Below are positions 50,583 to 58,302 of a DNA stretch of 58,302 nucleotides, piece by piece (the stretch's first letter is position 1; each line of letters begins with the position of its first letter). The notes below the pieces were generated by a model. The model was given only the letters and a program-made list of their open reading frames with translations. It was not told where the DNA came from and made no database searches. Made by a program: the position numbers and the translations under genes. Origin of the DNA: an uncultured virus (IMG/VR IMGVR_UViG_3300021387_000062) (Duplodnaviria; Heunggongvirae; Uroviricota; Caudoviricetes); IMG/VR virus record IMGVR_UViG_3300021387_000062. One strand, 5' to 3'.

Positions 50583-53528
50583 TTATATAAGCAATGTCAT
50601 AATTATGTTAATAATATTCTCTGCGGCACGTGTTTCCACTTCAGCAGTTCCCCGAACATAATGAGTAGGATCGTAAATTCCATTTATATAACTGCACGTT
50701 TCACAAGATTCAATAATCACGCCAGCCGTTCCATACTGCGCTGCTGCTCGATAAGGTAATCCAACATAGCCTGTACCAGGCCGCATATTTTCATGGGGTA
50801 TGGTAACATATCCATATAGAAAATCATCCATGGGGAACGTGTTCTGATATTGATTTTTGAACAATGCAGTCATTGATTTAACGTGGTTGCATCCAACCGA
50901 GTAAAGTTCATCGCCATATCCAGGAGCAAGAGGTGGATTAACCCAGCATAACGAACGCCCTGCCGCGTTATAAAAATTGTGACTATCGACAAAAATATCA
51001 TATTTATTATTTGCAAATAAATATGAAACTATTTGTGAATTAATCTCTGACAATGGAGCATTGCCAGTGAACCCCTTCGTTCCTGCCGTCCCCATCTTCT
51101 CCCAGTCGTTTGTCCGTGAATTACGCTCAAAGTCAACTCCGTTTTCATTTACAGATTGTCCATTTGCTAATCCATAAGGGTTAATAACCGGGATTACATC
51201 TATCTCAGTACAATATCTAAGTGAGCTTACAAGATTATCGGCATTCCCATGTTCGCAAATATATTTCAATACAAGATAAAGGCCATAAACTCCAGTAAGT
51301 TCAGAGTGCGCACCAGAAACAAGTAAAGCTTTTTTCATCTTTTCATTTGTTTCATCTAAAGTGTCTGATGTTGTAACAGATGGCGGAATGAATGTATACA
51401 TATAAATCGGGTATTCACTTTGGGCGCCGATACCAGTTTCAACATTAAGATTTACTTTTGAAATATAATTTGGATATCTTTCCATGAGCGAATCATAAAG
51501 ATCAAAAATGTAATTTGGTACGTTTGACTGGTCATAAGATGCACTTGTTCCAAGCAATTCGTCCGGTAAGGCGGTTTGTAATGGTAATGTATATGCGTGA
51601 TAAGTATATTGAGGTTTAAGACGTTTTGGCCCAAAATTATTTTCCCTTCTTGTGGCCAAACAATCTACAATCCCCGTTTTATTTGTCTCTTTGCATACTC
51701 TAATATATGCAGAAACAGGCGGTACAGTTAGACGCACATCAGTATTATCATAAGATGCCCCTGAAATACTACTAAGAGGATAATAGTTTTTATCATAAAA
51801 AACCACCAAGGCAGTCGATGCATCACTCCCGCGCCCCTTTACTGTGATTAATTCGCCAGGAATTACAGGGATATAATCTGTTGTAATAAGTTCAGAATTA
51901 TCAACTATAAAGCCACCCAGAATTATAGACTCTCCACCCGTTTTTACGAGCTGTCCAGGAACGACAAACAGTTTATCAGTATCTTGATAAAATGAATCAA
52001 TTTGTTCATACAGCATATTATCTTTATTTTTTAATTGCTGTATCATTTCTGATTGACTTTGTGTAAATCTGGTAATATCTGACGGCGTAATAGTGAGTGA
52101 GTCGTTAGATTTTGAAAAAACAATTTTCGAAACACATCCAGCCTTATATATACTGACAAGTTGTGTTGTTGGTTCAACAAAAGAATCAAAAGAAAAAGTT
52201 TGATCATTATAATAAAATACACGGAAGGCCTTAAACCCATCTGGAATGAGTAAGTTAAAACGTCCTTTCAAATAACATGCAGTTCTAATTCTTCTGTCAT
52301 TGTCTGCTACATACCCGGCAATGTCAATTCCACCAGATTCTAATGGCACAGTGTCAAAAAACATCTGCATCTGTTCTGATAGCAGCTTCTCAGTATAAAG
52401 ATTTAGTTTAACATCAGATACCATTATATCTGCATTATCTGCCCGCCTAAAAACTATCCTTGCACATTCACCATCATTACAAGCTACACGGTATACATTT
52501 AATCCAATGTCGTATGATCTTAAAACTTCGCCTGAAAATTTATTGATATATATGCAACGAGAAACAAGTATATCCGCATTGCATGATATTGTGAATATTC
52601 CGTATACATACCCAACAGTTCTAATATGTTTTGAACTATCTACATTTCCACCCATTATATTTATTGAACCCTGTTCCATTGGGATATACTCGATAGGCTG
52701 TAAGACGCTCTTTAACTCAGGAATCTGGTTTTCTTCGATGTCACTTACATCATTCGCTAATTTAACTTGTGTCCAATCATTTGGATCAAACGCTGGAGTG
52801 CTTGTACTACTATTATCGACAGCTCTTATACATCTATAAAGATTATCATTATAAACACAATAATCTCCAACAGCATAAGTAGATTTCGCGCCAAACAGAT
52901 CTCCAATCATATCCGTATCGGCTTCACTTTCTCTTATCTTTTGTAATTCAACTTCAAGAGTAGTAGCAGTAAAGTGTGCTGCATTCCAAGCCGCAGCATT
53001 ATGATCAGTAGTACATCTATATAAAGTTCTCCTAGTTATTCCATTGTCAGTAACACTATTAAATACCAAGTCCCCAACTCGATAATCAACACTTGCACTA
53101 AAGTCACCAGTAATAACTCCATGCTCCATCTTACGGCTATCAAGAGAATTTAAAGCTGCCTTAGTGCCGCCGCTTTGTACAGCATTGGTACTATTCAATG
53201 TAGGAGAAGCATCCACATTATAAATAGGACTGTTCTCGTCATTATCAATCCATAAATCTCCAACTCGTGGATTTGCTGGAGCGCTTGCTTGACTTACAGG
53301 AATATCTAATTTCCTATCAAATTCAGCATCAATATCAGTTGCTGTAAAATGCGCGGCATTCCATGCGCCGGCCGCGTGAGCAGTTATGCATCTATATAAT
53401 TTTCCTTGATATGTGCAATAGTCTTTCACCTTATAGGCGACCGAAGTGGAAAATTCGGCCGCCGTCAGTGGGACTCTTGCAGTATCTTGACCTGGTAAAG
53501 TTATACTATGAAAAGTTTTCTCTGCCAT
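50583..53528 (-). CDS. virion protein: three CBM-like repeats + C-terminal M14 carboxypeptidase-like domain
   Basis: Y.VGD....LYRC...W repeats; GAHSE, INPYG, NGVDFERN, DSH. Confidence 0.75.
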   Translation of the reverse strand: MAEKTFHSITLPGQDTARVPLTAAEFSTSVAYKVKDYCTYQGKLYRCITAHAAGAWNAAHFTATDIDAEFDRKLDIPVSQASAPANPRVGDLWIDNDENSPIYNVDASPTLNSTNAVQSGGTKAALNSLDSRKMEHGVITGDFSASVDYRVGDLVFNSVTDNGITRRTLYRCTTDHNAAAWNAAHFTATTLEVELQKIRESEADTDMIGDLFGAKSTYAVGDYCVYNDNLYRCIRAVDNSSTSTPAFDPNDWTQVKLANDVSDIEENQIPELKSVLQPIEYIPMEQGSINIMGGNVDSSKHIRTVGYVYGIFTISCNADILVSRCIYINKFSGEVLRSYDIGLNVYRVACNDGECARIVFRRADNADIMVSDVKLNLYTEKLLSEQMQMFFDTVPLESGGIDIAGYVADNDRRIRTACYLKGRFNLLIPDGFKAFRVFYYNDQTFSFDSFVEPTTQLVSIYKAGCVSKIVFSKSNDSLTITPSDITRFTQSQSEMIQQLKNKDNMLYEQIDSFYQDTDKLFVVPGQLVKTGGESIILGGFIVDNSELITTDYIPVIPGELITVKGRGSDASTALVVFYDKNYYPLSSISGASYDNTDVRLTVPPVSAYIRVCKETNKTGIVDCLATRRENNFGPKRLKPQYTYHAYTLPLQTALPDELLGTSASYDQSNVPNYIFDLYDSLMERYPNYISKVNLNVETGIGAQSEYPIYMYTFIPPSVTTSDTLDETNEKMKKALLVSGAHSELTGVYGLYLVLKYICEHGNADNLVSSLRYCTEIDVIPVINPYGLANGQSVNENGVDFERNSRTNDWEKMGTAGTKGFTGNAPLSEINSQIVSYLFANNKYDIFVDSHNFYNAAGRSLCWVNPPLAPGYGDELYSVGCNHVKSMTALFKNQYQNTFPMDDFLYGYVTIPHENMRPGTGYVGLPYRAAAQYGTAGVIIESCETCSYINGIYDPTHYVRGTAEVETRAAENIINIIMTLLI

Positions 53529-53542
53529 TTAAAAAGTCCTCC

Positions 53543-56023
<2,481 letters not shown>

Positions 56024-56458
56024 GGCTCGCCTCAAAATGAATAATATAGTTCTTTCGATGATAAGTTGGACATGTAGCGGAAATTCATAAAAAGTTAGTG
56101 ATTTAAATAACACTTTAAGCCGTGACTTGAATTCAATCATAACGTCATTTAAAGAGAAATTTAAATCCCTTAAATATACCAAAACACGCTCCGAGCGCAG
56201 TAACTCGGAGCGTGTTTTCTCTATATTTAGTTGTATATGGCGGGAATTTTGAGTTTTTCATGGCGGGTTTTTACTATGATTTTAAGTAGAGAAGTTGTAT
56301 GGGGAATATAGATTTTTAGTAAGTGAAGTAATTTAAATTCTCCTTTAGTTATTTATAAAGCGCTCTTTAACTTCCCAACTAATCCACTTTTTATATTCTC
56401 CCTAAATTTTTTCCTACTTAATACTGAATAAAATAACTCTGAAAGGAGGTAACTGCAA

Positions 56459-58144
56459 ATGGCAGTATTTAAACGATGGAATGGAACGAGTTGGGAAATT
56501 ATTGGCCCAACCATTTCTAATAGTAAAATAAATGCAGTAGAAAAATTAATAGCTCCAGAATATGATTCAAATTCAGCATATTCTGTTGGAGATTTTGTTG
56601 TTTATAGTGATACATTATATAAATGTAATACAGCAATTGGTAGTGGTGGCGAGTTATGGAATCGCGCGCATTGGACTGAGACCAAAATCAGCGAAGGTCT
56701 TACAGACTTAAGTCGCCAATTAAGTGACGTAGAGGGCGCTATTAATTTCAACCAATATAGTGGACTAATCGAAAACTATAGGGTTGTCCAGTTTGATACA
56801 GAATCAGCAACAATACAAACAGGAAAACGCCTAACAAAAAGCGGCATAATAGCAACAGATTCTGCCTATAATGTTGCAACTTATACTGCACTACCAGATA
56901 AAAAGTATTTAATACAATTACTCCCCGGCGCAACATATACTGATCTTAGATTAATCGAACTGCTGAAAAATAACGTTGTTGTCGCTTATCAAGCACCAGA
57001 ACGCAATGCAGTAACAACAATTTATGTACATGACTTTTCTGGAACTATCCGTGTAAGTTACCGTGCTGTTGATACAACAAGTTTTAGCCTAAGAATTATT
57101 GAAACAAACGATGAATATAATGTAGAACGATTATCTAGCTCTGTTTACAAATTGTTAAATACAACAATCCCGACAATTCAGACAGGAAAATATATAACAC
57201 CAACAGGTGACCTTGCTGATTCAAATGGTTGGGAATATGTTGATTTTATCGAAGTATCAAAAAACGACGAAATAACTTTTAAAGCATTTGGAAATAATTC
57301 CGCACTACCTGTTGCTTGCCTATATGATGCAAATGGAACACTTCTAAGCAAAATTAGAATGTCAGATCAACCTTATGAATATGTAACATATATTGTGCCG
57401 GAATCCGGTAAAATGCGATTCTGTTCTTACAAAAATCTTGGTTATTCTTTATCCGTATATATTTCAAAAAGCGATGTGAGAAGCATACTTTTTGGAAAGC
57501 GTATAACTGTCATTGGTGATTCCATAACAGCTCATAACTACACAGCAAAAAAGAACTGGACAACCTATATGGCAGAATGGGCAGGATGTACGGTTCAAAA
57601 TCTTGGAATAAGTGGGACTGGGTTCGCGAAACTAAGCCCGTATATAAACAGAATCAGCAGTATCACAAGCCCGGACATAATTGGTGTTGCAATTTCATTT
57701 AATGATCTTTCGGCAGGAATCCCCGTAGGCGAAAAAACCGATACAGGCAACACAACACTAGCAGGATATGCAAATTCCTTCTGGGATGCTTTAATAGCCG
57801 CATATCCCACAACACCGATTATTTGCTATTGTCAAAGCCCTTGGGGCTTGTTACATCCAGATGGGGATAGAACAGATGATGATAACTATGTGAAAGTAAT
57901 GGGCGAAATATGCGCGGCTAAAGGTATCCCATATTATCCAGAAGCATATTATGGATGCGTACTTAAACCTTGGATAGACAGCAACAAAACATATTTTTAC
58001 ACGCACGATGATGAAACATCTGAACAGTACGGAACGGCAGATAATGTACACCCGAACAGTATAGGACATAAAGTGATATTTAGATATTTGTATCCACACT
58101 TTGCGACAAACTGTATAGATGACGGATTAAACTATATCGCTTAA
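56459..58144 (+). CDS. virion protein: CBM-like N-terminus + SGNH/GDSL hydrolase
   Basis: IGDSIT, NLGISGTG, FND, DNVHP. Confidence 0.85.
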   Translation: MAVFKRWNGTSWEIIGPTISNSKINAVEKLIAPEYDSNSAYSVGDFVVYSDTLYKCNTAIGSGGELWNRAHWTETKISEGLTDLSRQLSDVEGAINFNQYSGLIENYRVVQFDTESATIQTGKRLTKSGIIATDSAYNVATYTALPDKKYLIQLLPGATYTDLRLIELLKNNVVVAYQAPERNAVTTIYVHDFSGTIRVSYRAVDTTSFSLRIIETNDEYNVERLSSSVYKLLNTTIPTIQTGKYITPTGDLADSNGWEYVDFIEVSKNDEITFKAFGNNSALPVACLYDANGTLLSKIRMSDQPYEYVTYIVPESGKMRFCSYKNLGYSLSVYISKSDVRSILFGKRITVIGDSITAHNYTAKKNWTTYMAEWAGCTVQNLGISGTGFAKLSPYINRISSITSPDIIGVAISFNDLSAGIPVGEKTDTGNTTLAGYANSFWDALIAAYPTTPIICYCQSPWGLLHPDGDRTDDDNYVKVMGEICAAKGIPYYPEAYYGCVLKPWIDSNKTYFYTHDDETSEQYGTADNVHPNSIGHKVIFRYLYPHFATNCIDDGLNYIA

Positions 58145-58302
58145 AGGCCTACTTAAGTCAGAACCGTCTCGCAGCACCGAAGGCTTGTGATCCTCGCGGG
58201 CGGCTGATGTAGGTGCTGCCGGACGATTCCGGCAGGTGAATAATAATTAGACTGACAGTGCATATGAGAGGAGGCGGGATCATGCTTCTGATCAGGGTTA
58301 TG

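Overview
A 58-kb segment of a large AT-rich dsDNA phage, probably infecting a gut or rumen Firmicute (sigma-A-type promoters, CHAP endolysin, BppU-type baseplate protein). It appears to use genetic code 15 (TAG = Gln): lysis, virion and homing-endonuclease genes are broken only by in-frame TAGs, and an amber-suppressor tRNA(CUA) lies at 8022-8096. Layout: (1) 1-5960, + strand single-gene cassettes, ten with the palindrome TTAGACGT-N3-ACGTCTAA exactly 8 bp upstream of the -35 box; (2) about 5980-6780, an AT-rich repeat region; (3) 7-34.5 kb, - strand accessory region with about 20 tRNA genes, several large and small ncRNAs, a DUF2828 (TROVE-like + vWA) protein, RNA-repair enzymes and PnuC/NMNAT; (4) 34.6-58.3 kb, phoH with a group I intron, ClpP, lysis genes, helicase, DNA ligase and virion/receptor-binding genes. 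The top finding is two nested tRNA genes: tRNA-Lys(UUU) and tRNA-Ile(UAU) are each interrupted between anticodon positions 34 and 35 by a complete CCA-ending tRNA or tRNA-like unit, suggesting tRNAs used as introns. The second is a family of at least seven Y-RNA-like ncRNAs with a covarying terminal stem and ACAGCAA motif, six in the tRNA cluster beside the DUF2828 gene. All calls are by eye; no searches were run.
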